DNA of 58,100 nucleotides, filler included, from Sphacelaria rigidula (GCA_964200075.2; 3 parts of 3 records of this genome joined end to end with filler, not necessarily neighbours in it), one strand, 5' to 3'. Positions 13,601 through 26,399 are shown, numbered from the whole stretch's first letter. Program-made: numbers and translations. The notes: generated by a model from the sequence alone, not told the origin.

Positions 13601-13945
13601 TACCACTCCACACGCTGATTGCTCTGTCGCTTCGTCTCGACTCCCCAGAGCACCCGACCGATTACCGTTGGAACAGCTACTGCTCTCGTGTCTGTTGCAC
13701 TCCCCCCTCCGTTGGCTGAACGGTGACGACGACTGCCTCCCCCGCGCAAGTTCAAAGCACCGCTGTTCCTGTCTCTCTCGGCCCCGTACGGTCCCCCGAA
13801 GGTCACCCACCTGGTGGGGAGGGGGTAGCACCGGTCGAGGATATTCTCGAGCCCCCCGGCTGCATTGCAGTAGAGGGTTGATCGCATCAGAGTCGTTGGG
13901 GCGAAGCATACGTAGCAACTCCGTAGGCGGCAGTGGTGGGGTCTG
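10631..13945 (-). CDS. Large exon of the Zn2Cys6 transcription factor gene (low-complexity G/S/R/Q-rich region)
   Basis: Lies within the 1139-aa ORF 10625-14044. CCCCCCAG acceptor at 13947-13946 (alternative CAG 3 nt further) is phase 0. Donor GAG|GTGTGA at 10630 sits just before the in-frame stop. Confidence 0.75.
10818..10844. repeat. (GCA)9 coding microsatellite (poly-Ala on the minus strand)
   Basis: Read directly; matches the Ala run in the ORF. Confidence 0.9.
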
Positions 13946-14318
13946 CTGGGGGGCAGCGAGGGCACGCCACGAAGAGAGATACAGATAAATACAACAGATG
14001 CACCGAGGAAATATGGGCACAGGGGCACAGGGGCAGGGGCGCATGGAAAAAGGAGGTGGCGGGAGTTTAGTCGTGAGCTGATGGCCAGAAAGATAGGTGC
14101 GTTAGCAATTCGCGTTAGCGCGAGACCCTTCACCCAACACGTGTTCGTTTTCGGTTTTTTGTTGGCATCGGTGGTGGTCATTTCATGAAACACGAAACAA
14201 AACCCTAGTTATATATTTCCGGGAGGATTCAAGAGCACCTATCCCAACCAGGAAGGGACGCACAGCCTGCTTTCACATTTTCTTGCAACATCACAATATC
14301 AATAAGGTCTTTACTCAC

Positions 14319-15099
14319 GAGTCCACGCTGCTGTTGCGACGGTGGGACTGGCGGCACCGACAGCCCCAACCTGAATCCTTCATGCCCACCGTTTATCTGC
14401 ATCGCTCCTTGGCCGTAGTCACCCGTTGCTCCCGTCCTCCCCACCACCCTTCCTCCACTATGCCCCGACGGTCCGTAGCCGGTGCCGCGGTCACCACAAA
14501 AATCACCACCCCTGCCGCAGGCGTCCGCCGTATGTTTCCATCGCCCACGGCCCGGAGAGTCATACTTCACATGCGACACGCACCCACCCCACCCCTCATA
14601 GTCTCGGTTCCTCCTCCCCCATCTCTCCCTCACCGCTATTATATCCAGTGCTTCCGGGCGAAGAATCTCCTCTCGGGGAGCAACAACCAACGGAAGGTAC
14701 AACGAATCTTGGTCCAAGTGCAACATACAAGACGCGGACGACCTCTTGCCGTCGCCGTCGCCGCCGCCGCCGCCCCCACCACCACCAACTGCCGCCCAAT
14801 ACCTCCTTCCGTCCTCCTCTTTTACCAGGGTAGCAGCAGCCGCAACACTGGAGGTAGTAGGACATGACGGTCTGATGTCGTAGTATCGTCGTGCGACGGG
14901 AGACGATGACGACATCTCGCCCTTGCGCACACACGAAGATGGCGGTCGCTGCTGCGAAATGTCGCCACTTCCACCCCCGTTGTCGTGTCCTCCCCACGGT
15001 GCACCGCTGACCGCCATGGTGTGGTATCCGTTTCCGTTCGCCCGATGGTGTTCGGTCGACGATTGGCGGCGTCCACCATCGCGCTCATGCGATGGCGAT
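14319..15099 (-). CDS. Internal exon of the Zn2Cys6 gene
   Basis: CCTAAT branch-like motif, then GGCTCAG acceptor (phase 2, matching the upstream AG|GTGAGT donor). Frame is continuous with ORF 14229-15017. Consensus donor CTC|GTGAGT at 14318 is phase 0 and matches the next acceptor. Confidence 0.75.
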
Positions 15100-15473
15100 C
15101 TGAGCCAACATTAGGTTGGGAGAGCAGGCGAGGAAGGGGCGTGGCGGTCACAAGGTACCACGGAGGGCGAGAGGGGCGGCGAGGGAACTGATTCAGAAAA
15201 GTAGGGGCGTGGCTCGTCGGGGTTCAGGCACGTTTGTGATCTCGATATTGACGTGACCATTGGTCAAATGATTGTCGCACTTCACTCATTCCCGAGAGAT
15301 CCAGTCATGTGCAGCGGCAAACGTACACGGCTCCCGAGAGCAAACCAGAATTAATGGTCGCATCATTTTTCGAAAAAGCCATCGTGAACGAAAAAAAACA
15401 GCAGCAGAAGTGTCGCACAGGTTATGAGACAGAATTCCGATCTGACCTACTAGTTGCAGGCTCGCCGACTCAC

Positions 15474-16945
15474 CTGCTTCCCCGTCCATGCTCCGACCGA
15501 CCATGCTCTTGATCGTGGGACGCGACTCCTCGCACGGGCTCTGGACGTGAGGGCACGGACCCCGGCGAGCCAGTGACCGACCTAGAGCAACGAATGTCGC
15601 CGCCGCTGTGCTCGCGCACCGTCACATCAACCGCCATCGGCGTTGTACCAGACGCACCTTCCGTGGGATTGTCGTTGGTAGTGCCGTCGTCTCCGTCGCC
15701 AATATCGTCACCGCCACCACCGTCGTGGCTGATCGCGACGGATGACGTTTTCGCAGCAGAGTGATTTTCATCGTTGCCGTTAATCGAGCTGCCAACGCTG
15801 CCGCCGTTGCCTGGGCTGCAGCTGCCGGAGCCGGTATCTTTGTCGCCCGGGATCTTGCCTACCCTCTTCTTCTTGTGCGCCTGTTGCTCAGAAGGCTTCT
15901 CCGAATAGGGGTCCCCCGGACCGCCGCCACGCGAAACAGCACTGGCAGCTGCGGCGGATGAGGTCATTGACACCGCCGGCCGTTTCTTGAGAGGCGGGAG
16001 CGATTCACTCGGAATTCTGCGGCCACCAACACCAGCATGGGCGTTGCCGACCGCTGCGGGCGCTTGCGCCGGCGCCTTCTTGACATTGCTACTACTGATG
16101 CCGCTTCTACTACTGTTACTACTTATGATGCTGCTGCTGCTGGGACTCTCACGCTTTGGCGGCTGTCCCTGTTCTGTTGCATTGCGGTCGTGAGGTGGTG
16201 ATGGCGACGACGACGGCGCTTGCTCACCGCCACCGCTCTTCCTGCTGCACGTCTTCGACTTTTTGCCAGATGCTTTTTTACCGCCGCCGCTGTCCAGAGG
16301 CGGACGTCCTGGCCGGCGTTTTCTCGACGGCATCCCCTCATTGCTTCGACTGCTACTGCTAGTGCCATCATCACCATCGCCATCGCCATTCCCAGCATCA
16401 CCAGCAGCATCATGAGCATCATCAATAGCAGTATCAGCATTTCGTTTCCGGTGCGTCGACGCTTTCTCACGGCTCTTCTTGGCTGTGGCGGCGTCCGACT
16501 TTGTGCGGTGCGCACCGGTGCTCCCCCCTCCCCTGTTCATCCCCCGCTCCCTCCGCCCCCTTTCCCCCTCCTCTTCTCTATCCCCGTCTCCCCCCGCTCC
16601 TTCTACATCGCCAATACCGTCACTGGCACTACCACCACCTACGTCGTGCTCCTCTTCAGCCTCATCGTCATCGTCGTCGCTTTTGTTTCTCCTCTTCTTC
16701 AGCTGCCGCGTGCCGTTGGGCGCGCGCTTGTTCTGCCGCGGCGCGTACTTGGCCCCCTTCATCGGACCGCTCTTTCGCCGAACGCTCCGCATACAAGGCT
16801 TGCGCCGCCGGATGCATAGTTCACAAGGGTCGCCCCCGCTGCACTTTCTCTTCATGCGCGCGCAGTAGACGCACGACAGCCGCATGGCCGTCACCACTGT
16901 CGCCGTCTCCGCGACCTTGACGGCTGTTGGGTTCTCGGTTTCTTC
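15474..16945 (-). CDS. Exon encoding a Zn(II)2Cys6 (GAL4-type) binuclear cluster DNA-binding domain
   Basis: CVYCARMKRKCSGGDPCELCIRRRKPC fits CX2CX6CX5CX2CX6C and is followed by basic RRKSGPMKG. CCACCAG acceptor at 16947-16946 is in frame (an ATG at 16885 is an alternative start). Donor AG|GTGAGT at 15473. Confidence 0.88.
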
Positions 16946-17130
16946 CTGGTGGCGGATTTACGGGGGAAACGACGGGTTGAGAGATGAAAGGAGGGTCGTG
17001 CTGTTGTTTCTCAGCTCAGCTTTTCTCCAGGAATCTAGCGTCCGTGGTCACAAAGCCAGGGTAGAAGAAGGCAGAACACGAGGACAGACTAATAATACGC
17101 TCGCGAACAGGAGAGATACCCCCCCCCCTC

Positions 17131-17134
17131 GTGC

Positions 17135-17165
<31 letters not shown>
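17131..17165. repeat. (GT)n microsatellite
   Basis: Read directly. Confidence 0.95.
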
Positions 17166-19302
17166 AACCCAGACAGTAGATTTTCGGCGGGAGTGACCTT
17201 CGAGGCATCTTCAGCTACATACTTTCCAAGTCAAGAGAGAATGCGAATGGTGATACCGACCGGTGGCACTTCTGTTATCAAACCGCGAGATAGGATGTGG
17301 ACTGTGAATACATGGGACGAAACAACATATCATCATACAACCAAAACTTTTGTTCTTTCTCATTTTTCTCGGTTGACACTGGAGACACCGTTTCACGTTT
17401 CCAGAACCTACCCCACCGCTCACAGCGAACTTGCCGAGCACTTCTTTTCAGGCCCTTTCAGTGTACGTATGGTGAGTGCAAACATCGAGACCAAATGGTT
17501 CTTGGGTTGAATGTATCTTCGGGGTTGCGCTGCCCGACGCCAAAGCCCGCGGTAGGTGTTGCCGTAGATGAGAAAAGTAAAGTTTTGAGAGAAAGGTACA
17601 CCATGAGATCAAATTTCGACTACCATATACACTTTTTGTACAACATGCTCACAAAGCCGGCAGTAACCTGGCAGCAGCACGCGGGTCGGGGACGTCCTGA
17701 AATATCGGCCCAAAAGTAGCGTTCACCTGAGAACCGCAACCCGCTACCGTGTTCAACTGCACACAGTCGAACGGGAGAATGCCGACGAGGGTGCAGCTCC
17801 AGTTGATTCATCAACAGGCTTCTGTCGATGTGATTTCGATCATCTCTGTTGGGACGGCGAGTGTTGCTCTGTCTTGCTCCATTCAGGTCTGATTTAAATA
17901 TATGAAGGAGCGTCTGTGCGGTACGACGCCTCCACGGGAAGATGGTGGGAGGGGTTAACGGGGAGGGGGGCTGCCATCAGCCATATCGCACCCAAATGTA
18001 GAGCCGGCAGCTCGCCAACGACATCTACAAAGCAAACACCCTGCGATTCGTCGGCTTCAGCTATAATAGTTGTCATACTCCTCCTGTCCCACAGACGGTG
18101 AAGGAGAGCGGAGATTGGGATCAGGTCTGAGAGGAAGAGCCGATGCCGTCTGTTTTCTCGTACCAGGAGACGTTGCGAAGAGCAGCTGAAACAAATATTC
18201 AACCACAAGGGCTAGAAAGCTCCCTCGTCTGCCCTTGTATAATATATACATATACATGAATCTCAGAAGAGCGTGTGAATCTCCCGGCCTTTACCGGCCG
18301 GCCGTTCAAAACATTTTGAGAGTTCTTCTTGAAGGGCTTGCTTTGGATGTTCTCTCTTTCACGAGCCGGTGCTGTACAGCGATGATGCGGGGCCGTTGCC
18401 GGTAAATGTGGTACGAGTGCACCATACTTATGGCGGCGGCGTTTTGTTTCATGTACCAACGCGCATTCGCGGGCCGTTAAGTCACACGCCAGCAGCAGCC
18501 ATAAGAAGCAGAGGGCAGCGCTTCCAGCGGATAGTCTGGACCATGAACGGAGCAAACAACAGAAGCGGTTATCCGACAGAGAGATCATTCTCGCTGCAGG
18601 GTTCGCGGGCTGATGCAATGACGGAACATCAGATGAAGGAGAAGGAGAGGCGCCCTCGGTGGGCGGGGAATAGAGAATCAACCTGCTTCCTCGGCGACGT
18701 AACCTGGGCTGCCGCAATCCGGCTGTATTCCGTAAAAAAATATTAGGTTCGAAAGAAAAAACAGTGAGGTTCGTTCGTGTTAGGCGATGACGAGTTATCA
18801 AGAATGTAGTCCGACGGATGCCGAACTAAAAATAGTTGAAGGATCTTCGTGAAGTCAGGAGCACACTGACGCAGTGTGAGTTCAACGAGCGAGGCTGGTC
18901 TGGAAGAAGGGCGCCAAAAAGCAGACATTCAGCACTCGAGACTAGATGGCCCAAACAGTAACACGCTAGCACTCTCACTCTAGTACGGCAGTAGTCCCTG
19001 GGACTTGATCGAATGCACAATGATCGAAGCATCAGCATCGGCAGCAGTAGCGACAGGTCTAGCAGGTTAGCAACATTTGCACGACGTTTTCAACAACTGG
19101 AAAGTCATGCTGCTGTGATAGGGGGGGGGGCGTACTCATTTGTGCTTGCCTTAGTCGTGTGACCATTGACCACGCGTCCCTTTCGAGACCAAGCACCGTT
19201 CCTACTCCTAATAGAGACATCTCCAACATTCCGGCGCTCATTGCGTTTCTTCCATAGCTCATTACGTTTCTTCCATACAAAAAACAAAAACCTTCTACAT
19301 AT

Positions 19303-19402
19303 NNNNNNNNNNNNNNNNNNNNNNNNNNNNNNNNNNNNNNNNNNNNTTAATTAATTAANNNNNNNNNNNNNNNNNNNNNNNNNNNNNNNNNNNNNNNNNN
19401 NN
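19303..19402. other. Assembly gap with artificial TTAATTAATTAA linker
   Basis: 44 N + TTAATTAATTAA + 44 N = 100 bp; identical layout at 38703-38802. Confidence 0.97.
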
Positions 19403-22400
19403 CTACTGCCAACACGCACGCGAAACAAACCATCGTCAGCCAAAGTAGCTTGACCGAAAGTCGTAAGAAAGGAATGAACACTGTCGCCGACTGTTTTGCG
19501 CTGCGCGGTACGAATGACATCTAACGAGGGCAGTGAATCATCGGCATCACACGGGCTGTACCCAGCAACAGAACGAACAGGCACGGTAGGAACCTTCACC
19601 CAGCGAGACAACAAATCTCCCCAACAATTGCGCTCCCCAGGAATGTGTTCAATGTTGTTGTCTCCACATTAAAAACCGTTCCGATATCTGCGCGTTACAT
19701 TAGTACTGGGCACCTGATGCGGACGCCTTCCGTGGTCACAGGCTAGCAGAACCAAAAACCAGAATAGACCTAGATCAAAACTCACAAAACGCGATACAAG
19801 CAGAACAGGAATGAAAAATAATAAAAAAAGAAAGATAAGACCTATGGCTAACCTCAGAAGATCCGGTGCCGCAGGTGGCCATTCGGACTTTGGGGGTGGG
19901 AGCCTGCTTCCCAACTCGACACGCGGGCGTACCTTATCCAACGCCATTTCTAGTTTAACCTCTCCGATCCCTGCAGCGCTCCCGTGTGCCAAGGCAACCC
20001 CCCCCTCCTCATTTGCTGCTGAGGTCCATAGGGCGCGGTCAATTCCGAATATCTGGCGGTTGCCGTCCGTAGAGCCGTCTGTGGCCCTGAAAGCGTGGAG
20101 ATCGTCACTCAGGCACTTCAGCCAGTTTCAATGGCATATTGTTGTTGGGCTCCCAGCAACTCGGCATATCTTTTTGACTTGGCACCACCCCCGGAGACTG
20201 TTCCACTTGCGCGTTCACGGCCTGATCATCGCTGACCAAACGAAATGTGTCCCTCTTCGGCACCGCCATCGCCGGACTCGCCCACGCAGCCTGAATATTC
20301 CCAACCAACAAACCAAATGCCACCAAAGCTGCGATGCATGAAGCAAACCACACGGTCTTCACCGGATCGCAGCGGCGAGGCTTGACCTTCACAGCCTCCT
20401 TCATTGGCTCCACGCACGCTGGCGGATCACCACGCAGCGTACGACGAAATGTATCTACGCGATGAGCCAAAATATCACGCAATGTGCGCCATCGACGTTC
20501 AGGCCATTCTGCTCGGCCTGCCGCACGCTATCCTCAAGTGCACATTCTCTGGCACCCCTTTCCTCCGCTGGGTCCATAAACATGTCGGACCCCGATCGAC
20601 CAAACGCACCACCGCTCCATCCGCAGGAGCCTCCTCCTCATTGACGCTCTGAAATGACCGTATGGATATGATCGCACGCCTTGCAGCAAGGTAACTAGGG
20701 TTTTCCTCGTCGGTTTGCACCGGCACAACACGCGGGCGTACCTTATCCAACGCCAGCGGGTACAGATCAATCCCGAGCTCCTTCATCGTCGCCATCCCAA
20801 ATAGAACCACGTTGCCCCTACCGGGCATGCCAGCAAAAGTAATGGACTGCAACTCCACAGCCCCTCACGGCGTACGCACGCTAACAGTAGTCGGCACCGT
20901 TTTCAGTGTAACCGTCACGGGAGCACCCGTGGCGGTCTGCGCTGTATGCGGCCCGTTTTCGAACGGAATCTGAAGCTGAGCGCCGCCAAACTGCGAAGAC
21001 ATTTGTTCAAGCAACCCCACAGCGATCGACGTGAGCGCGGACCCAGATCCAGAATAACGCGGGCCATGAACGAACGTACAGAACCAGACAAGGTCAAAGC
21101 TGCGCGTAAGCACTCAGCCTTGCGATCGACAGGTACCACGCCAGCCCAAGAACCCTGTTCTGTCCCAAGAGTCACGTGACGCCAGGGCTGCCCTCCAGCA
21201 CTTGACATCGATAGCTGCGAATCGTCGGTCCAACCAGACCAAGTCGCCGAATATGCAGACGGCGCTGTTACAGCCATCGCAGCAGTAGGGAATGCACCAG
21301 TCACGGACCCTGCCTGGCCGAGGGGTTGTGGACTATCCGCTCCAGCATTCCCCACCGAAGTATTAGCATTTCCCACGTACATGTCCGATACGGACGAATC
21401 ATAAGATCCAGAATCACTACCTGATGACGTAGTGGAAAAAATAGCAGCGGAGGAACCACCATCCGCCGCCGATTGCTCGCTACCGCGGCCGCCGCGCCCG
21501 GGTCCCTGATTGGCGGCCACGTCCACCGTGACGACCACCCCGAGATCCTGATGAATTTCGCGCATTACCCTGTGCAGCGCCTTGAGCGCGAGGCTTGGGG
21601 CAGTCCGTGATCATATGTCCGGTGTCGCAGTTGTAACACGCGCGAGTGGACGACGCTCGCTAAGACGGCTGTTGTTTCTGTTGCTGTTGCTGTTTGCGGC
21701 GCATACCACCTGCACTTGTTGCAGGATCGCGCCGGCTATGTGCTTCAAAGAACTTCCACTGGTCGGCGGTCTCAAATATTTTGTTGAACACCACCGTCTG
21801 GTTCTTTTTCCAGCCGTCAACATACGTTGGTGCACTTCTAACATACGCCTTGAATTCCGGAGGTGAAATCCCGTCCACCAAAGCTATGGAAACCGACTCG
21901 GCCGGGCCTGGCAACCAACTCCTGTCCTCCACACGGTACATGGCTTGCACCGTAAAATTTTCTGCAAAAATCTTTTTCATCGATGAACTGACCATGTACA
22001 ATCCTTGACAGGTTTCCCACCGCTTTCTGGCATCGTCAGAACTTTGCGTAGATCTGCTGCAGCCCGTGCAGCGTCATGCTTGCCGCCGGTTGTAGTATAC
22101 CCGGCATGCTGCTTCACAGCATCAAGCAATCCATCGGGGGTCATAGCCCGACGGTCCTTGTACATATATTCGAAGCACCGGTGAATGTAGACAGGGATGA
22201 GTTGCCCTATGCTTACTCTCTCATGCCGGATGACTCCTGTACTGTTGGCTAAAATCAACCTCACCAGATGGTCGATATGTGCGGCATAAAACCTTCTTGA
22301 CGCCTCTTCGGTCCACACTTCGCCATACTTTGGCGGCTGTAGTGGCTCACCTGACACCAGCGATGCTGGCGCCGCTTAAGCCATGTCGACTAGACTTCAA

Positions 22401-22842
22401 CAATTCACAGAGAGACTCTTGCCTGACTTGTGCGTCCTCCAGCTCACGGAGCGTCCCCCACTGTTGTGCGCTTCAATTTGGTGTCCTCCTGTCTGCGTGC
22501 TGAACTGGCTCTAAGCTGCAGCCCACTTTCTCCTCAGCCGAACTCCTCTGACAGAGTGCCGGAAGAATTTTAAATGTTTTAGCATCTGCCAGACGATCTG
22601 GACAAGAGGACTTTCAACGAGGGACTCCTCCAGTATCACTGGCCTCATGCTCGATAAGTCCTTCGTTCTCACTTGTTATCATCACGGAGTAGTCCTCAAC
22701 AGACCACATCAAGAGCCAGACAGCAAGGGACCACACAGATGAGGGTCATGAATCCAGGATCCCCTGTCCCCTGCCACTGCTCCAATCATGCACGCGATTA
22801 TACTGAAATCTACGGCTTGGTATCATTTGGCTATAAACTACA
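19403..22842 (-). mobile_element. Degenerate Ty3/gypsy retrotransposon (putative 5' LTR 22842-22517, gag, protease, RT N-terminus, RNase H C-terminus; runs into gap)
   Basis: Gag starts at ATG 22384 with an early stop, then QPPKYGEVWTEEASRRFY...ISPPEFK...GWKKN (homologous to the 3975 element). Knuckle CYNCDTGHMITDC; frameshifted ILD/SGS protease; RT start AWASPAMAVPKRDTFRLVSD; RNase H end IEHIPGERNCWGDLLSRW at ~19655-19600. Confidence 0.9.
19669..20130 (-). mobile_element. 3' fragment of an RTE-clade LINE inside gypsy pol
   Basis: Minus-strand frame NWLKCLSDDLHAFRATDGSTDGNRQIFGIDRALWTSAA...PWHTGALQGSERL resembles the RTE ORF C-terminus seen at 48443-48700 and 24660-24850. A T-rich 3'UTR-like tract follows. 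Confidence 0.65.
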
Positions 22843-23228
22843 ACGGTGACATGTGAAGATCAGTTCAAATTCATTTTGAAACGCATGAGCCTCCGAACCC
22901 GGAAGAAGTCATGTCGAACCTAAGTTCCCATGAATCATTCACGGTTCGCACGAATCATTCACGGTTCGAATCACCAAATCCACGATATTTTAGGCCTAAT
23001 TGCTCGTAAGAGGGGAAAAAGTTGACCGCTGGTCTGAAGGGTCACCACGCAATTTTTGCGCCATTCCACGTGCCTGGGCTGCGCGTATCTGGGTTGCAAC
23101 GCTGAAAACAAAGTCAAATGATTGATTCATACGGGACGAATCAATTACACTCAAATCAAGTAATTTCCAGACGAATAATTAATTCTTCCGATCCTTGGAA
23201 TCATGACTCGAGTTTCAAACGGAACCGA

Positions 23229-23499
23229 AACGTTCACACGTCGGACAGCTCATGAGCTACCTGAAATGGCGACTCGAAGAGAACTCTCATATCCATTGTA
23301 CAAAAACACAGAAAACGTGGCAGCAGTGTCCGAGAAGCCAAAGCCTTACCTTCTCGCTACACGGCGTGCTCGGTGTCCATCGCTGTCGGGACCTAGTGCG
23401 GAAATTGTGGCCAAATGAGCTAGCTCATGATCCGGATCAGTACTCTAATACGAAATAATATCCAGGTAGCACATGAGCTGTCCGACGTGTGGAAACGTT
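23229..23499. repeat. Inverted repeat / MITE-like foldback (~35-bp arms)
   Basis: AACGTTCACACGTCGGACAGCTCATGAGCTACCTG (23229-23263) pairs with CAGGTAGCACATGAGCTGTCCGACGTGTGGAAACGTT (23463-23499). Weaker pairing extends to ~23203 and ~23540. Confidence 0.8.
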
Positions 23500-24599
23500 G
23501 AAAGCTAGACCTCATTGATATGCCAGCACTCGAGTGTCATTTTCTTCCTAGATTATACTTGACACCGCGAACTCTTTTTACTTGGATCCGCACATGATAA
23601 GTCGTAATATCACGAACGCGACTTTGCATGCAGCACAGCGCATTTTCATAGAGAAAGTCTCAAAAGGTGGACTCACAAACGCAAGACCTCGGCAGGATTC
23701 CAGACAGGAGGTCGAGCAAAAGGCCATGGGAGCGGTGTGTGACCCAGCTATCTGGAAACCGCATTGGGCAGAAGTGCTCGGCCGCTGTATCTTGAAGAGA
23801 ATTGAACACTGGTGCTGGGCATGGCGGAAAATAAAGAAAATCAGAGGAGAGGAGAGGAGAAGAGAAGAAGAAAAGTACAACTACAAGCTGACTGAACAGG
23901 GGACCAGCCCACAGGGAAGGACAGCATCGTCACTCCCGTTATCCCCCCCCTCCTCCTTCCCATCTCCACTCAAGGAAAAGATGAGCCACTCTCCTGGCCA
24001 TTTCTATCCTGATGCCTTCGTGGGCGGTTATTTTCTTCGGTCTGTTGACGTCGGCAACTCTCGGTTTGGCAGCTCTCAGAGCAGCAGCCTCTTGAAGTTG
24101 ACGCACGATGAATTGTCGGAGGTCTTCGCGCCACCATGCTTCCTCGAAGTTCTCTCCCTTCCTATTGAGAGTTGGCGTTGGTTGGTGAAGACGGTGTAAA
24201 ACATGCCAGTCACAACGAAAGCTTTGTTAGACAACCAGGTTACCCCTTCATTTGTTTGAATTTTTTTTGCAGTAACCGTGATGGCGGTCGAGCTAGATCA
24301 TATTGTGCGGGGTGGAGAACCCAAACTCCGCCCAAAGGGAATGATCGTACTACGCGGTGTTTACATGATGAGACACTCGTGAGGCAGTGGGTAACCCGTA
24401 CCTCTCTGGATGTGGCGATACAAAAAAATGAAGCAACTCATTCGAGGCTGCCATACAAATGCAAGATAATAAGTGCGCTTCGGATCGAACGATCTTAGCA
24501 GGATGCATCTGACCCTTCATGCGACTCGCCGACCACATCACGGCGCTTCGCGCTTGGTGATTGTCGCGTTTGGTGAATGATTGCGAGCTTGGTCCGGCA

Positions 24600-25800
24600 A
24601 AAACCCGGCGTGCTCCGTCCCGGCTTTGCAGGGATGCAAGGTCAGTGGTCATATGACTAAGGCATGCAAGCTCATAAATTCAACTCCCCCTACCCGATCC
24701 CCTGATTCCGTTTGCCCACCTTCCTACCGGCAGTGATCAAACCTGGGAGCCTTTGACCTTGACACGGTGAAGGAACGATCCACTTCGTCCTTCGATATCC
24801 CGAATGCCATCTACCTAGACCACGCAGGTTTTCGTTCAAATGACCCGCCCAATATTTCCGAGGCCGACCAGTCTCCCTGGGTCATTGTGCGGCCAATCGT
24901 CTGAACTTGACGCTCGTCGAGAGACGTGTGACCCTGCCCGTCAAGCGCCCTCGGGAAGCAAAGTTTATGCTTGCTGACGGTGATATCGGTATATTCGCAT
25001 TTTGATCATGTTGAGCACAGGTTTGTACAAGCAAGTCATGTACCCGATGTGATCTACTCTACGGAACTCAACTGCTCGCTGCAAGCGCTTGTGGTGAGCA
25101 TTCGACAGGGTCTCCAAGTCCTTCGGGCGTAGTATTCGACACGCTCGCATGGCATAGCTCCGAGCACCTCCGCTTTGAACAGCCCATAGTTGAACAATGG
25201 AAGGGCATTGGGCTATTTGCGGGGATGGGCGCTGTTCTTTGTCCGACGCCCCCACGAAGCGCTGATACGGCACATGATTTCCATGCAAATATCTGCATGT
25301 ACGCTGATGACGCTGTGCAGGTGGACGAACTCGTCTGTTTTTTTTAACCGTTTGCCAGGAGCGTCGATCCGTAGTATCACTTCTGAAAAAAGCCCGTCTA
25401 TCTCTTCTTCAACGCCGTTAGGCCGAGCTTGTGGAAGACCGCAACCTTCGCGGCCTTCATCCACACCACGCGATTCCGCCCGGAGACCCCGAGATCGCGC
25501 CTACGTCTGCCGTGTATAGCACCACCCACACCACGCGCTGCACCCCTTCGAGCGGTGTTTCTCCCTTGAAGCCATTTTCTCAACCTTCGGCGCACCATGT
25601 AGGTGTACCAGGTAGGTGTGACATGGCTTCTGGACTGCTCCGCGACGCTGCAAAACCCTTCCAAATACTGCTGCGGAGAACACATTTGAACAGCATCGGG
25701 CCCCAAGCGCATCCCTTTACCTGGGAGACTAACAGACGTGAAATCATCCCGAAAGTTGGCCGCCTTCCCTTGCAGTTGCGTGGGACGCACGCCAAGATGA
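24600..25800 (-). mobile_element. Decayed RTE-clade LINE reverse transcriptase and C-terminus
   Basis: Across frameshifts: KGCAWGPMLF (QG..LSP.LF motif), VWVVLYTADVGAIS (decayed YADD, ~25520), KKTDEFVHLHSVISVHADI, LFKAEVLGAM, RPKDLETLSNAHHKRL. Confidence 0.8.
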
Positions 25801-26399
25801 ACAGCTTGGATCTTCGCAGTCGACCCGTTTTTTCCGCAGATCGATTTTCGGCCCTCCGGTGAGCACACACGCTTGCATGCGTTGGCTAGACAGCGAGCAG
25901 TCCCGTGACCCAAGCTTTGGGGTAAAATGATTTCGTGGTCGACGTGTTCGGCGGGTGGTTGTCGATGCTGCAGTGTTTTCGTGAGATTGAGAGTGTAGAG
26001 GATACGATTGAGAGTGAGAAGCAGTCAATTAATGAATGAATAGTTTTAGTTTCGAAATGTCTCTCCACCAGGCCTGATACGCTCTGTGTTCTAGCTTGCC
26101 ACTGAAGCCCTTGATATCTCTGAGTAAAATATCGATGTATAGCTCTAAGCACACGCCAGTGTTACAGGCAAAGAAAAGCACACACGAAATGGAAAATGAT
26201 GAAGTTAAAGCGGCTAATGAAACCCACTCTCAATCAGCGCTCTACTCCCAATCCCACAAAACATTGATGAAACGCCATTTCTTCCAGGAGGTGAAAGTAC
26301 AATAATGACGTGACTAAAGCTCGATATTCCTTGAGCTATTCCGCCCTTGCCACATTTTCACTTGCTTTCACAGTAGCCGGTTCTCGACACGGGACCGTA

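Noticed and set aside
19347..19358. TTAATTAATTAA palindrome (also 38747-38758) as a biological motif or piggyBac site
   Set aside because: Centred in identical 100-bp N blocks; this is a scaffolding linker with stop codons. Continuity across these gaps is unproven.
22819..22826. TGGTATCA as a tRNA-Met PBS
   Set aside because: Only 8 nt, on the wrong strand for the adjacent minus-strand gypsy element, and inside its putative LTR.
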